This document shows positions 7,847-17,762 of a stretch of DNA of 19,043 bases, piece by piece (position 1 is the stretch's first letter; the number at the start of each line of letters is the position of its first letter). Source of the stretch: Waddliaceae bacterium (lineage in GTDB: Bacteria; Chlamydiota; Chlamydiia; Chlamydiales; SLFE01); assembly GCA_963783885.1 (NCBI GenBank), contig CAWAPJ010000023.1, positions 1 to 19,043 on the forward strand. The letters run 5' to 3'. The position numbers and the translations under genes are program-made. The notes under the pieces were generated by a model that was given only the letters and a program-made list of their open reading frames with translations, was not told where the DNA came from and searched no databases.

Positions 7847-8821
7847 ATGTTTACGGATAAAGTTAAAATTCACTTGGAAGCCGGAAAAGGGGGCAATGGT
7901 ATTGTCGCCTGGCGGCGGGAAAAGTATCTGCCCAAAGGAGGCCCGACAGGGGGCAACGGGGGCAGAGGCGGGTGTGTCTATCTTCAGGCAGACGCTCAAT
8001 ATTCTACTTTGGACTGGTATCGGAACCGACGCCATTTGCGTGCGGAAAATGGCGTTTCAGGAGGGCCGAATCAAAGGCAGGGAAGAGGCGGGAAAGACCT
8101 GGTTTTAAAAGTTCCTCCCGGAACGCTTGTTAAAAACAGCGAAACCGGACAGTTAATCGATGATTTGATTGAAGATGGCGAGAAAATTCTTCTCTGCAAA
8201 GGAGGCCGCGGGGGCAGGGGGAACGAGAGCTTCAAAAGCCCCACCAACCGCGCGCCGAATTACGCGACTCCCGGAAAGCCCGGCGAGGCAATGACCATCG
8301 AGCTTGAACTTAAATTGATTGCCGATGTCGGCCTTGTCGGATTTCCCAATGCCGGGAAATCGACATTAATGACTGCCTTGACGCGTGTAAAGGCTAAAGC
8401 TGCTCCCTACCCATTCACAACGCTCCGCCCGAATATCGGTTATATTACTGCAGGCTATGACAAGATTTTTATCGCCGACATACCCGGCATCATTTCCGGC
8501 GCCAGTGACAATCGCGGCCTTGGAATGGAATTTCTTCGACATATCGAACGGACAAAACTGTTGATCTTCATTCTCGACGCATCAGGTATCGACGGAAGAA
8601 ACCCTGCCGATGACTTTGAAGTGCTCAAAAATGAAATCAATTCCTACAATCCCGGCATCTTAAAAAAACCGATTCTCGTTGTCCTGAACAAAATTGACGA
8701 TGACGAATCTGCCTGCCATATCAAAAATTTTCCCCATGCGGCGCTTAAAATTTCCGCCCTCACAGGGGAAGGGCTTGACACTCTCTTAAATGAAATTATT
8801 CACACATATAAAGCGGCATAA
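7847..8821 (+). CDS. obgE: GTPase ObgE/CgtA
   Basis: Gly-rich Obg fold (AGKGGNG, GGPTGGNGGRGG), G1 GFPNAGKS, G2 YPFTT, G3 DIPG, G4 NKID, G5 ISA. No long C-terminal domain. Confidence 0.97.
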   Translation: MFTDKVKIHLEAGKGGNGIVAWRREKYLPKGGPTGGNGGRGGCVYLQADAQYSTLDWYRNRRHLRAENGVSGGPNQRQGRGGKDLVLKVPPGTLVKNSETGQLIDDLIEDGEKILLCKGGRGGRGNESFKSPTNRAPNYATPGKPGEAMTIELELKLIADVGLVGFPNAGKSTLMTALTRVKAKAAPYPFTTLRPNIGYITAGYDKIFIADIPGIISGASDNRGLGMEFLRHIERTKLLIFILDASGIDGRNPADDFEVLKNEINSYNPGILKKPILVVLNKIDDDESACHIKNFPHAALKISALTGEGLDTLLNEIIHTYKAA

Positions 8822-8950
8822 ATTTAATCAGAAAAATATTGTGCTCTTGCCCATTGTTTTTTTTAATCGGGAGCGAGCATGATGTTTTCTTTCCCAAGTT
8901 CGCAGGAACTTGCTCAACTTGTAATTGACACATTACGTTGGCTAAGAGAA

Positions 8951-9892
8951 CTACTGCCATTTCCAGCAAAAGAGAGTAGACTCGGTTTCGAGATTGATAG
9001 CGATGGCGATGGTAATTTCCCACCCCTGGATAGCCTGAACAGCTTCTTCTCCAAAAACCATCGTGATGAGCCAGATGAAAGATTCATCTAGTTCGGACAG
9101 GTCTGTAAACAGATGCGATTCCTGTATGATTCTGACTTCGTCTCCCGGAGACCAGCCCTGAAGTGCTGCAGATTGAGATGGATCGATGCTCCAGTCTCCT
9201 TCCAATTGGTTGAGAGTCATTGTCAGCGCTTCGTCATTTACCTGTTTCAAAGTTCCGGATAAATACTCTTTTGAATCCACCTCGCGAATTTCACGGCGGT
9301 CAAAGTTGATGAGCGCTTCCTCGCAGAACTGCTGGTCGGATTCCTTATTGTCGTATCTCACGAGGAGAATCTCCTCTCCTTGCTGCCATTCCTCGTACGA
9401 ATCGGGGGCGGGTGAAATGGTATAATAAAGGTCATTGTTTAGAAGGTACAATACAAGATCAATGTCAGGATCGAATAGTGTGAAAAGCTCGTCTTCCGAC
9501 TCGATGAGTTCTGACAGAAAATATTGAAGCGTGCCTATCAAATGATGCTTATGTATTTTTTCGAGATTCAGCGCCTGTTTTGTTGCGTACCCCATGGGAG
9601 AAGCAAAAAAGATTGCGCTGCTTGTTAGGTTGTAGAAAGTGGCTCCGTTTGTGCATTTCACGGTATCTCCTTCGCGGGGAAATGCCTCTGCAGCTGTATA
9701 CTTTCCTTTGACGATTCGCCAGACCGTGCCGTTATCAAGGAGTAAAGCGGTATAAGGCTCTTCTTCCAAATCTGCGTCGGGTAAGCCGCAAAGAACAGCA
9801 GTCACAATATTGGCTTCACAAGGAGGGGTGTCTTCGGCAAATAAAAAGGTTCCCGTTAACAAAAGAAGACAGACGGATAAAAGGCTTTTCAT
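8951..9892 (-). CDS. Secreted acidic hypothetical protein with internal repeats
   Basis: ATG at 9892 follows SD-like GGGAGA and gives a signal-peptide-like N-terminus (MKSLLSVCLLLLTGTFLFA/EDT). The longer 9958 start would overlap the divergent neighbour. Rich in D/E. Confidence 0.75.
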   Translation of the reverse strand: MKSLLSVCLLLLTGTFLFAEDTPPCEANIVTAVLCGLPDADLEEEPYTALLLDNGTVWRIVKGKYTAAEAFPREGDTVKCTNGATFYNLTSSAIFFASPMGYATKQALNLEKIHKHHLIGTLQYFLSELIESEDELFTLFDPDIDLVLYLLNNDLYYTISPAPDSYEEWQQGEEILLVRYDNKESDQQFCEEALINFDRREIREVDSKEYLSGTLKQVNDEALTMTLNQLEGDWSIDPSQSAALQGWSPGDEVRIIQESHLFTDLSELDESFIWLITMVFGEEAVQAIQGWEITIAIAINLETESTLFCWKWQ

Positions 9893-9914
9893 GGTCATTT
9901 CTCCCGGTTTGATG

Positions 9915-9920
9915 TATAAT
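9915..9920 (+). promoter_or_regulatory. Putative sigma70-type -10 box for the PLP enzyme gene
   Basis: Perfect TATAAT 9 nt before ATG 9930. TGGTCA at 9892-9897 lies at 17-bp spacing (4/6 to TTGACA). Confidence 0.45.
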
Positions 9921-9929
9921 AATACCGCT

Positions 9930-10859
9930 ATGATTAATAAGTTACAATCTTTAGTCACCGGTAAGCCTCAAGAAAACTACCCGGTTTCATCCCGTGTTCA
10001 TCGGCTAAACACTATAGATGCTTATGTCAAGCGCGATGATGAGCTGGGTTTCGGGATTTCAGGGTCCAAGATTAGGAAATACCGGTCTCTTATTCCCGAG
10101 TTGAGGCAGTATCGGGAAATTTTTATTATAGCCGGCCCCAATTCCAACCACGCTGCCGGAATCATACAGCTTTTGATTGAAAACGGAATTTCTTATCGTC
10201 TTTTTTTACGAGGCGGCTATGGTAGCGGAATCAACGGGTCCCTGATGAGGCTGATGACTTCCGATTCAAAAATAAGGGTTATTGACAGAAGAGATTGGGG
10301 CAGGGCTTTAGAAATTGCTCGAAACGCGGCAGGTCCGGAAACTTTTGTTTTGCCCGAAGGCGGCTCTGTTGCCCCCTCGCTTCCGGGAGCCCTCACCTTG
10401 CCTCTGGATATCGCCAAAGAGGATATTGAATTCGATCATATTTTTGTTGATGCGGGAACGGGATTGATGGCCATCGCTTTGATTTTGGGGCTTGCCTTTT
10501 TAAGCAGGGAAACAAAAATTCATGTTTTACTTGTCGCTGGCAGCGAAAAGGAATTTTTCGAAAAGCTGCGGTCATTTCATTCCGAGTTCCAGAAAATGTT
10601 TGCAACTATGTGCCCCTTCCCAAAGAATTATCAGCTTTATTATCCGACAAATGCGAAATCATTCGGGTCGACAAACCAAACCCTTTTGAGCGAAATTCAA
10701 ACGATAGCGCAAAAAGAGGGTTTTTTGGTCGACCCGATTTATTCGGGAAAACTGTTTTATGAAGCGAGAAAACTGATTCCTAAGTTAAGCGGCACCAAAC
10801 TGATTATCCACTCAGGGGGCGCCGCCTCGCTATTCGGGTTCTCCTCTTTTACTCTTTGA
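9930..10859 (+). CDS. PLP-dependent D-cysteine desulfhydrase / ACC deaminase family protein
   Basis: [19 protein letters not shown] (PLP lysine), [28 protein letters not shown]. Start placed at ATG 9930 because earlier starts overlap the divergent gene. Confidence 0.85.
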   Translation: MINKLQSLVTGKPQENYPVSSRVHRLNTIDAYVKRDDELGFGISGSKIRKYRSLIPELRQYREIFIIAGPNSNHAAGIIQLLIENGISYRLFLRGGYGSGINGSLMRLMTSDSKIRVIDRRDWGRALEIARNAAGPETFVLPEGGSVAPSLPGALTLPLDIAKEDIEFDHIFVDAGTGLMAIALILGLAFLSRETKIHVLLVAGSEKEFFEKLRSFHSEFQKMFATMCPFPKNYQLYYPTNAKSFGSTNQTLLSEIQTIAQKEGFLVDPIYSGKLFYEARKLIPKLSGTKLIIHSGGAASLFGFSSFTL

Positions 10860-12192
10860 GCGAGAGCAAAAACTCAATGTTTGAGCTCTTTTTCAAGCGG
10901 CTGAGCAAAAGATTCATGGCGTCGATCGGTGTTAAGTCGGCAAACAGTTTGCGAAGAATGTATATTCTTTCGAGCTCGTCCTCATGATAGAGAAGCTCCT
11001 CCTTGCGGGTTCCGCTCAGACGGATATCGATAGCAGGCCATATGCGCCGCTCGGCAAGCATCCTCGTCAGAACAAGCTCCATATTGCCTGTACCCTTGAA
11101 CTCTTCAAAGATCACCTCGTCCATGCGGGAGCCGGTTTCGATCAGGGCGGTAGCTAAGATCGTGAGGGAGCCTCCGTCTTCGACATTACGAGCCGATCCA
11201 AAGAATCTCTTCGGTTTATGGAGGGCGTTTGCGTCCACGCCGCCTGTCAGGATTTTACCGGAATGGGGCTGGACGGTGTTGTAGGCTCGGGCGAGCCTGG
11301 TAATATTGTCGAGCAGGATGACGACATCCTCGCCATGTTCGACCAGCCGCCGGGCTTTTTCCAAACACATTTCGGCAACCTGGACGTGCCTTTCCGGGGG
11401 TTCGTCGAATGTGGAGGAGATCACCTCCCCTTTGACGATCCGCTGCATATCGGTCACTTCTTCGGGTCTTTCATCAATCAGCAGGACTAGAAGGTTAATT
11501 TCGGTATGATTCTGGGCGATGGCCCTCGCCATATGCTGGAGCAGTATGGTTTTACCGGACCTCGGAGGAGCGACAATCAGCCCTCGCTGCCCTTTTCCGA
11601 TCGGAGCGATCAGGTCGATGACTCTTGTGGTCAGAACGTCTTTTGTGGTTTCGAGAACAAGACGTTCTTCCGGATAGAGCGGAGTTAAGTTCTCGAACAG
11701 AATTCGCTCCCGGGCTTTTTCGGGAGGGACGCCGTTGATGGCGTCGACTTTTAGCAGGGCGAAATATTTTTCCTTTTCTTTAGGAGGCCGGATCGTTCCG
11801 GTCACAGTATCCCCTTTTTTCAGGTCGAAGCGCCGGATTTGCGCCGGAGAGACATAAATGTCTTCGGCGGAAGGGAGATAATTGTAGTTAGTTGATCGCA
11901 GAAAGCCAAATCCGTCGGGCAGGATTTCCAAAACTCCTTCTCCCACGAGGAGCTCCTTCGGATCCATTGACAGGTTTTTGACGATTTCAAAAACCATTTG
12001 GGATTTGGTTAGGGATCCGAGATGCTTGAGGCCCAGCTTTTTGGCTAATTGATTGAGCTGGTCGATATTCATCCGTTGGATTTCGGAGACCTTGATGATC
12101 TCTTGCTTGTCCGAGGTTTGCGTTTTTGGGGGTGTACGTTCCTCTGATAGTTCGGCAGCGACTGCCCTCTTTTGGTTATTTTCTGAAGTCAT
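10849..12192 (-). CDS. rho: Transcription termination factor Rho
   Basis: [28 protein letters not shown], Walker [43 protein letters not shown]. Confidence 0.99.
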   Translation of the reverse strand: MTSENNQKRAVAAELSEERTPPKTQTSDKQEIIKVSEIQRMNIDQLNQLAKKLGLKHLGSLTKSQMVFEIVKNLSMDPKELLVGEGVLEILPDGFGFLRSTNYNYLPSAEDIYVSPAQIRRFDLKKGDTVTGTIRPPKEKEKYFALLKVDAINGVPPEKARERILFENLTPLYPEERLVLETTKDVLTTRVIDLIAPIGKGQRGLIVAPPRSGKTILLQHMARAIAQNHTEINLLVLLIDERPEEVTDMQRIVKGEVISSTFDEPPERHVQVAEMCLEKARRLVEHGEDVVILLDNITRLARAYNTVQPHSGKILTGGVDANALHKPKRFFGSARNVEDGGSLTILATALIETGSRMDEVIFEEFKGTGNMELVLTRMLAERRIWPAIDIRLSGTRKEELLYHEDELERIYILRKLFADLTPIDAMNLLLSRLKKSSNIEFLLSLKE

Positions 12193-12259
12193 AGAAAATA
12201 AGACTCCTTCATCGGTTGGTAAGAATGGTTTATTGAGGGAATTGCTTTTGCAATTCCAT

Positions 12260-12850
12260 CTATTGTGACGTTAATATTTGATAAATGTTTTCAACTTGTT
12301 TTTCTAAATGGTCGATATTTTGATCATTCAAAATGACAAAATCGGCATTTTTAACTTTTTCCTCCAGTGGAATTTGATGCGAAATTCTTTGATTGAAATC
12401 ATCTCCGGCATAACGTTTGCGGCGAAGCTCTTCAGGAGCGTCGACGACAATGACCGCATCGAAACCGGATTCCCACCCTTCGGCTTCGTAAAGAACCGGG
12501 ATTTCGGCGATAAATAACGGCGCTTCTTTTTGCTTTGCGGCCTGTTGAAACTGTTCATCAATCTCTTTTTTAACTACCGGATGGATCAATTTTTCAAGCG
12601 ATTTTAATAAATCGGAATTGTTGAATACTTTTTTTGCAACAGCTTTTCGGTCGATACGGCCTTCAATCACAACATCAGAACCAAGTGCTTCTTCTATCTT
12701 TTTGATTAATTCCGGGTTATTAGAAAGATGCCAATGAACAATCTCATCGGCGCTGACTACATAAGCGCCTAATTTTTTAAAGATTTCGGTTACTGATGAC
12801 TTGCCTGAGGCTAAACCGCCTGTTATTGCTGTCTTCTTTAATTTTAACAT
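12260..12850 (-). CDS. coaE: Dephospho-CoA kinase
   Basis: [53 protein letters not shown] at 12850 overlaps the polA stop (ATGTTAA). Confidence 0.95.
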   Translation of the reverse strand: MLKLKKTAITGGLASGKSSVTEIFKKLGAYVVSADEIVHWHLSNNPELIKKIEEALGSDVVIEGRIDRKAVAKKVFNNSDLLKSLEKLIHPVVKKEIDEQFQQAAKQKEAPLFIAEIPVLYEAEGWESGFDAVIVVDAPEELRRKRYAGDDFNQRISHQIPLEEKVKNADFVILNDQNIDHLEKQVENIYQILTSQ

Positions 12851-15486
12851 TGCTCCCAATTTTTGCCAACTTCGATATCTACGATTAAAGGAATACTCAG
12901 CTCCCACACCCCTTCCATCGCATTTTTAATGATAGGAGTGGCCTCATCGATGAGGCTGTCGGGAATTTCAAATAATAATTCATCGTGAATTTGGGATATC
13001 ATAAGCTGGGGGTATCCTTTTTCAGCGAATAGGCTGTCGATTTTAAGCATTGCCAGTTTAATCAGGTCGGCAGCTGTTCCCTGAAGAGGGGTATTGACTG
13101 CAAGCCGCTCGGCCTGAGAGCGTATCATTTGATTTTTGCTGGAAATTTCAGGGATTGCCCTTTCCCTGCCGGTCATAGTCACCGCTTTTTTTGATTTGCG
13201 GCTTTTTTTGATGCAGTCATCGACGAATTTCCTGACATGGGCATATCTCTCAAAGTATTTTGCGATGAACTCTTTCGCTTCTTTCCTTTTGATGCCAAGT
13301 TGTTTGGAAAGGCCGTGCTCTCCCTGGCCGTAAATGATGCCGAAATTGACCGCTTTGGCCCGAAAGCGCATTTCAGAGGTGACCCGGTCCAGGGGAACGT
13401 CAAAAATTTGGGAAGCGGTAAATTTGTGGATATCCTCGTTGTTTTGGAACGCTTTGACCATTTCGGGGTCGCCGCTCAGGTGGGCGACAAGTCTGAGCTC
13501 GATTTGCGAATAATCGGCCGAAAGATAACTCCAGCCGGATTTTTCAGGTTTGAACGCGGCCCGGATTTTTCTTCCCAGTTCAGATCTTGCAGGAATATTT
13601 TGCAGATTGGGATCCTGGCTGCTGAGGCGCCCCGTCGCGGCGACGGACTGATTGAAGTTGCAATGAATGCGATGGGTTTTAGGGTTTACCTGAAGGGGAA
13701 GAGTGTCGATATAAGTCGATCTGAGCTTCTCGAGCTGGCGGTAATCGAGGATATGCTCGACAATGGGATAATCGCTCCGAAGAGTTTCGAGCACTTCGGC
13801 GTTTGTCGAAAAACCGGTTGTTGTTTTTTTCAGCGGGGGTATTTCAAGCTTCTCAAATAAAATATGGCTCAGCTGCTTGGGCGAGTTGAGATTGAATTCT
13901 TCACCGGCCATTGCGAAAATTTCCAACTCTGAGGCCGAAATGCGTCTTTGAACTTCTTTTGAGAGTTTTTGCAGGTAAGGGATGTCGAGATACATGCCTC
14001 TCCTCTCCATTTTGGCAAGAACCCTTGTCAGAGGAAGTTCGATTTCAAAAAGGATATGGGAGAGATTTCGCTCTTCCAGCTCTTCCTGAAGCTGTTTTTT
14101 AAGCCTGAAAGTGTAGTCGACATCTTCTGAGCAATAGTCCGAGACTTTTTCGATCGGAACATCTTTCATGCTGATCTGTTTTTTCCCCTTGCCGATGAGA
14201 TCGGTAATCGGGGTCTTGACTTTGCCGAATCTCTCAAGGGATAAGACATCAAGAGAGTGCTGCCGCTGCTGGGCGGCGAGAACATAGGACCCCAAAAGGG
14301 TGTCGAAACAAAGATTGGCGATTTCGATTCCGTAGTTCATGAGAATGTGGTAGTCGTATTTGACATTGTGGCTGAAAAAACCAATCTTTGAATTTTCAAA
14401 AAGGGGTTTTAAGATTTCTAGAACCAGCGGCTCATTATAGGGAACGTAATAAGCTTTGCCCTTTTCCATGCAAAATCCGACGCCTACAAGCTCAGCTTCC
14501 ATGGGGTTTAGAGATGTGGTCTCAGTGTCGAAAGAAATTTCTTTGGCTTTGCTAAGCGTTTTGACAAGCTGCTTCAGGGATTCTAGGTCGTCTACGGTTT
14601 TATAGTCGAGCTCCTCGGTCTCTTCGGGAGCGTAATCTTCTTCCAGTTCTTTCAAAAATGTCCGGAAGTTTTTGTGCAGAAAAAACTGTTTAAGCTTTTC
14701 AACTTCAGGTTTCGCGGGAGAAAAAAATCCGGGATTTCGGGGAAAGTCGATATCGGTATCAATAGTGACGAGCTGAAGGCTCATTTCCGTTTGATCAGCG
14801 TTTTCTTCCAGAGCTTCCCGCTTTTTTCCCGAAAAATCATTTATATGTTTCAGTATATTCTTTAGCGATCCGTATCGGTTCAATAATGCCGCCGCTGTTT
14901 TCGGGCCGAAACCCGGTATTCCCGGAACGTTGTCGGATGCGTCGCCGACGATCGCGAGATAGTCCCTGATCATGCGGGGAGGGATGCCGAAAGACTCCTC
15001 GACTTCGTCCGGGCCGATAATTTTATTATTTTTGTGGGTATGAATCATGAAAATTTTGTCGGAAACAAACTGGCAGAGATCCTTGTCGGAGGAGAACATA
15101 AAGACTTTGGCTCCTTTCTTTGCCCCCCAGAGAGCGACGCTGGCCATTGTATCGTCGGCTTCGACTCCTTCGACATCCAGAAAAGGGATGCCCGCCAGCT
15201 TGCAATATTCTCTGGCCCAATCCATTTGATGAAAAAGATCGGGAGGCTGCTCGCGTCGGTTGGCCTTATAGTCAGGGTAGATGTCAAGGCGGGATTGCCA
15301 GCTGTAGGGGCCATCGAAGACAGCGACGACATGTTCGGGATCAAAGTCTTTGAGTATCTTTAAAAGGGAACGGATAAAGCCGAAGAGAGCATTTGTCGAC
15401 TTCCCTTCGGCATTGGTCATATTTTGAATAGCGTAATAAGATCGATAAATGAAGCCCGAGGCATCAATGATATAGAGATCTTTCAT
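12844..15486 (-). CDS. polA: DNA polymerase I (5'-3' exonuclease, 3'-5' exonuclease and polymerase domains)
   Basis: IDASGFIYRSYYA, EADD, GDASDNVPGIPGFGPKTA; Exo I DTET, Exo II HNVKYD, Exo III YCSED all present; TGRLSSQDPNLQNIP, ADYSQIELR, AKAVNFGIIYG, QIHDEL. Confidence 0.99.
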   Translation of the reverse strand: MKDLYIIDASGFIYRSYYAIQNMTNAEGKSTNALFGFIRSLLKILKDFDPEHVVAVFDGPYSWQSRLDIYPDYKANRREQPPDLFHQMDWAREYCKLAGIPFLDVEGVEADDTMASVALWGAKKGAKVFMFSSDKDLCQFVSDKIFMIHTHKNNKIIGPDEVEESFGIPPRMIRDYLAIVGDASDNVPGIPGFGPKTAAALLNRYGSLKNILKHINDFSGKKREALEENADQTEMSLQLVTIDTDIDFPRNPGFFSPAKPEVEKLKQFFLHKNFRTFLKELEEDYAPEETEELDYKTVDDLESLKQLVKTLSKAKEISFDTETTSLNPMEAELVGVGFCMEKGKAYYVPYNEPLVLEILKPLFENSKIGFFSHNVKYDYHILMNYGIEIANLCFDTLLGSYVLAAQQRQHSLDVLSLERFGKVKTPITDLIGKGKKQISMKDVPIEKVSDYCSEDVDYTFRLKKQLQEELEERNLSHILFEIELPLTRVLAKMERRGMYLDIPYLQKLSKEVQRRISASELEIFAMAGEEFNLNSPKQLSHILFEKLEIPPLKKTTTGFSTNAEVLETLRSDYPIVEHILDYRQLEKLRSTYIDTLPLQVNPKTHRIHCNFNQSVAATGRLSSQDPNLQNIPARSELGRKIRAAFKPEKSGWSYLSADYSQIELRLVAHLSGDPEMVKAFQNNEDIHKFTASQIFDVPLDRVTSEMRFRAKAVNFGIIYGQGEHGLSKQLGIKRKEAKEFIAKYFERYAHVRKFVDDCIKKSRKSKKAVTMTGRERAIPEISSKNQMIRSQAERLAVNTPLQGTAADLIKLAMLKIDSLFAEKGYPQLMISQIHDELLFEIPDSLIDEATPIIKNAMEGVWELSIPLIVDIEVGKNWEQC

Positions 15487-16529
15487 AGTCCGGGTTGGTA
15501 AAGGTACAAAAACTTGTTGCTAAATTCCGGAGGGAGCTCAAAACCCAGATTGATCTTGTGCTCGATTTTTCCGGTGAACAACGGTGATTGTACATGAAAC
15601 AGGTTTTCGAACCAATTCTCTTTTTCCAAGCGGATGACTTGATAATTTTCTGCGATGCCGGCTTCCTCTGTAAGGGCGGCTAAAACGGCTTCCCTGCGGG
15701 CCCCTGTCTGATCGATATAACCGTACTCTTTTGCGATATGAGCGGGGAAGACCCGGGCTCCGTATTCATTGACCAGCTTGTCTTTTGAGATGTTGGGACG
15801 GTTTTTTGCCACCAGGTCGACGAACTGGTTGTAGTAATTATCGACGAGCAGTTTCAAGTTTTCCGATTCATTTTCATTCCACGGTCTCAGCGGGTTCAGG
15901 GCATCCTTCCCTTTCCCTGCGGATATGGTCATGGTTTTCACTCCGATCTTATCGAGGGCATCGTTGAAGTTCATGAAAGTGGACAGAAGAACTCCCACAC
16001 TTCCTACCAGGCTTACATCGCTTGAATAAACCTTATCGGCTGCCGAGGCGATGTACATTCCGCCTGAGGCGCAGATGCCGTCGACGTAAGCGTAGATAGG
16101 AACTTGATATTTTTCTTTATAGGATTTCAGGGCTCTGTAAATGCCGTCGGAATCGAAAACCGTTCCTCCCGGCGTGTTGATGCTTAGGAAAATTCCTTTG
16201 ACCGGTCCGTTTTCAAAGCCCCCTTCCCTGGATTCAAGAAGCATTTCCTCAATGACCCGGGTGTTGAGTTTGTCCGATCCGATCAAACCCTGGATATCGA
16301 TTTGTAAAATTTTGGGCTTTCCCGTTGCAAGGAACTCCCTTTTGCCATTGGCATCGGGAAGGACGGCTTCATCGAAGGTCCTTTCGGGCATATTGTCTTT
16401 AAACGAGGCGACCCCTCCTATAATTAATATAATGGGGATCAGGACGACGACAAATCCGATTCCTTTGCAGAAAGCGGATAAAAAAGCTCTAATTGACGAG
16501 CGGAGAATGGATTCATGTTTATCAGACAT
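15483..16529 (-). CDS. sppA: S49 family signal peptide peptidase (SppA/SohB-like)
   Basis: N-terminal TM anchor, INTPGG, GICASGGMYIA (catalytic Ser), VGSVGV, AGKGKD (Lys). ATGA overlap with polA. Confidence 0.88.
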   Translation of the reverse strand: MSDKHESILRSSIRAFLSAFCKGIGFVVVLIPIILIIGGVASFKDNMPERTFDEAVLPDANGKREFLATGKPKILQIDIQGLIGSDKLNTRVIEEMLLESREGGFENGPVKGIFLSINTPGGTVFDSDGIYRALKSYKEKYQVPIYAYVDGICASGGMYIASAADKVYSSDVSLVGSVGVLLSTFMNFNDALDKIGVKTMTISAGKGKDALNPLRPWNENESENLKLLVDNYYNQFVDLVAKNRPNISKDKLVNEYGARVFPAHIAKEYGYIDQTGARREAVLAALTEEAGIAENYQVIRLEKENWFENLFHVQSPLFTGKIEHKINLGFELPPEFSNKFLYLYQPGL

Positions 16530-16609
16530 AGTAATTCCTCTATTAATGAAAAAGAAATTTTAACATAAAAGATTATAAAAGACAAGTTTTCATTTTTTTC
16601 AAAAAAGGG

Positions 16610-16615
16610 TATAAT
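16610..16615 (+). promoter_or_regulatory. Putative -10 box for the cysJ-like gene
   Basis: TATAAT 9 nt before ATG 16625. TTTTCA at 16587-16592 lies at 17-bp spacing, within an AT-rich divergent spacer. Confidence 0.45.
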
Positions 16616-16624
16616 GATTTCATC

Positions 16625-17761
16625 ATGTATGATAAAAACCGCCCCTATTTAGCAACTGTTAAAGAAAAAATTTTACTTTGCGGAGGAGTCTCCGAGAAGA
16701 AGACCCAGCATGTCGTCATCGATCTTGAAGATTCGGGGATCTCTTATGAGGTGGGCGATTGCCTGGCGGTCTATCCCTGCCACGATCCCGATCAGGTTGT
16801 TAAAACCTTAAAAGTTTTGAAAGCTTCTGGCGACGAATCGGTTTATGACAGCAGAACAGAGGAGACGCTTTCCCTTTACGATTTTTTGCATTATCGAAGA
16901 AACATTGCCGATGTTAATCGGAAGCTCATCATGCAAGCGGCATCGGGCCATCCCGTTGAAGAAAACAAGCTTTTCCTCATGTCGCTTTTGGAAAAAGAAA
17001 ACCGAGACAGGCTCAAGCATTTCATTGAACGTCCCTTGTGGCGGTTTCTCGAGGAGCATTTCCACGAGCATATGTCCCTGCAGGACGTTTGCGACTGCCT
17101 TCAGCCCTTGCTTCCCCGCTTCTATTCGATCGCCTCTTCTCAAAAACAGCATGGCCGGGAAGTCCATTTAACCGTTGCATTAGTCGAATACGATTACGAG
17201 GGGCATCAAAAGCATGGCGTCTGCACCCACTACCTTTGCAATCTGGTGCAGGCGGAAAGGACGCGTGTTCCGATTTATATCCACAAACACCGGGGGTTCA
17301 CCCTGCCCGAAGAACCATCGACCCCAATCATTATGATTGGGCCGGGAACAGGCGTCGCCCCCTTCCGCGGCTTCATGCAGGATCGCATAGCGGATAGCGC
17401 CTCGGGAGCCAACTGGCTCTTTTTCGGGGCGAGGCACTCCGACCAGGATTTTTACTACAAAGATTTCTGGCTCGAGCTTGTCCGGCAGCAAAAGCTCAGG
17501 CTCGATCTGGCGTTTTCCCGCGACCAGGGCCAAAAAATTTATGTTCAGGACAGGATGGCTGAAAATGCCGAAGACTTCTACAAATGGCTTCAGGCAGGCG
17601 CAATCGTTTATGTTTGCGGAGACGCCAAGCGGATGGCCAAAGATGTCGACAAGACCCTCCATGATATCGTGCGGCAGCAGGGCGGACTCACTGAGCAGGG
17701 GGCAAAAGATTACATCTTATCCCTTCGGAAAGAGGGCCGCTACTTAAGGGATGTTTATTAG
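16625..17761 (+). CDS. cysJ: Sulfite reductase flavoprotein-like NADPH:FAD oxidoreductase (FNR module only, no flavodoxin domain)
   Basis: PRFYSIASS, GVCT, MIGPGTGVAPFRGF, WLFFGAR, AFSRDQ, KIYVQDR, YVCGDA..MAKDV, C-terminal RYLRDVY. At 378 aa it is too short for the FMN domain. Confidence 0.88.
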   Translation: MYDKNRPYLATVKEKILLCGGVSEKKTQHVVIDLEDSGISYEVGDCLAVYPCHDPDQVVKTLKVLKASGDESVYDSRTEETLSLYDFLHYRRNIADVNRKLIMQAASGHPVEENKLFLMSLLEKENRDRLKHFIERPLWRFLEEHFHEHMSLQDVCDCLQPLLPRFYSIASSQKQHGREVHLTVALVEYDYEGHQKHGVCTHYLCNLVQAERTRVPIYIHKHRGFTLPEEPSTPIIMIGPGTGVAPFRGFMQDRIADSASGANWLFFGARHSDQDFYYKDFWLELVRQQKLRLDLAFSRDQGQKIYVQDRMAENAEDFYKWLQAGAIVYVCGDAKRMAKDVDKTLHDIVRQQGGLTEQGAKDYILSLRKEGRYLRDVY

Positions 17762-17762
17762 T

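Noticed and set aside
8841-8880. Imperfect inverted repeat downstream of obgE as a terminator
   Set aside because: The stem has several mismatches and bulges, and the T-run is in the loop, not after the stem.
8879-9091. 70-aa plus-strand ORF with a GGGAG upstream
   Set aside because: Two-thirds of it is antisense to the secreted protein gene and it has no recognisable features. It cannot be supported without expression data.
9810-9958. Apparent head-to-head overlap of the 335-aa and 349-aa ORFs
   Set aside because: It disappears when the better-supported starts at 9892 (SD and signal peptide) and 9930 are used.
13237-13860. Long antisense or alternate-frame ORFs (also 1108-1581, 2315-2848, 7147-7569, 16141-16563, 17180-17662, 17866-18300)
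   Set aside because: They are shadows of well-supported genes and have no motifs of their own.
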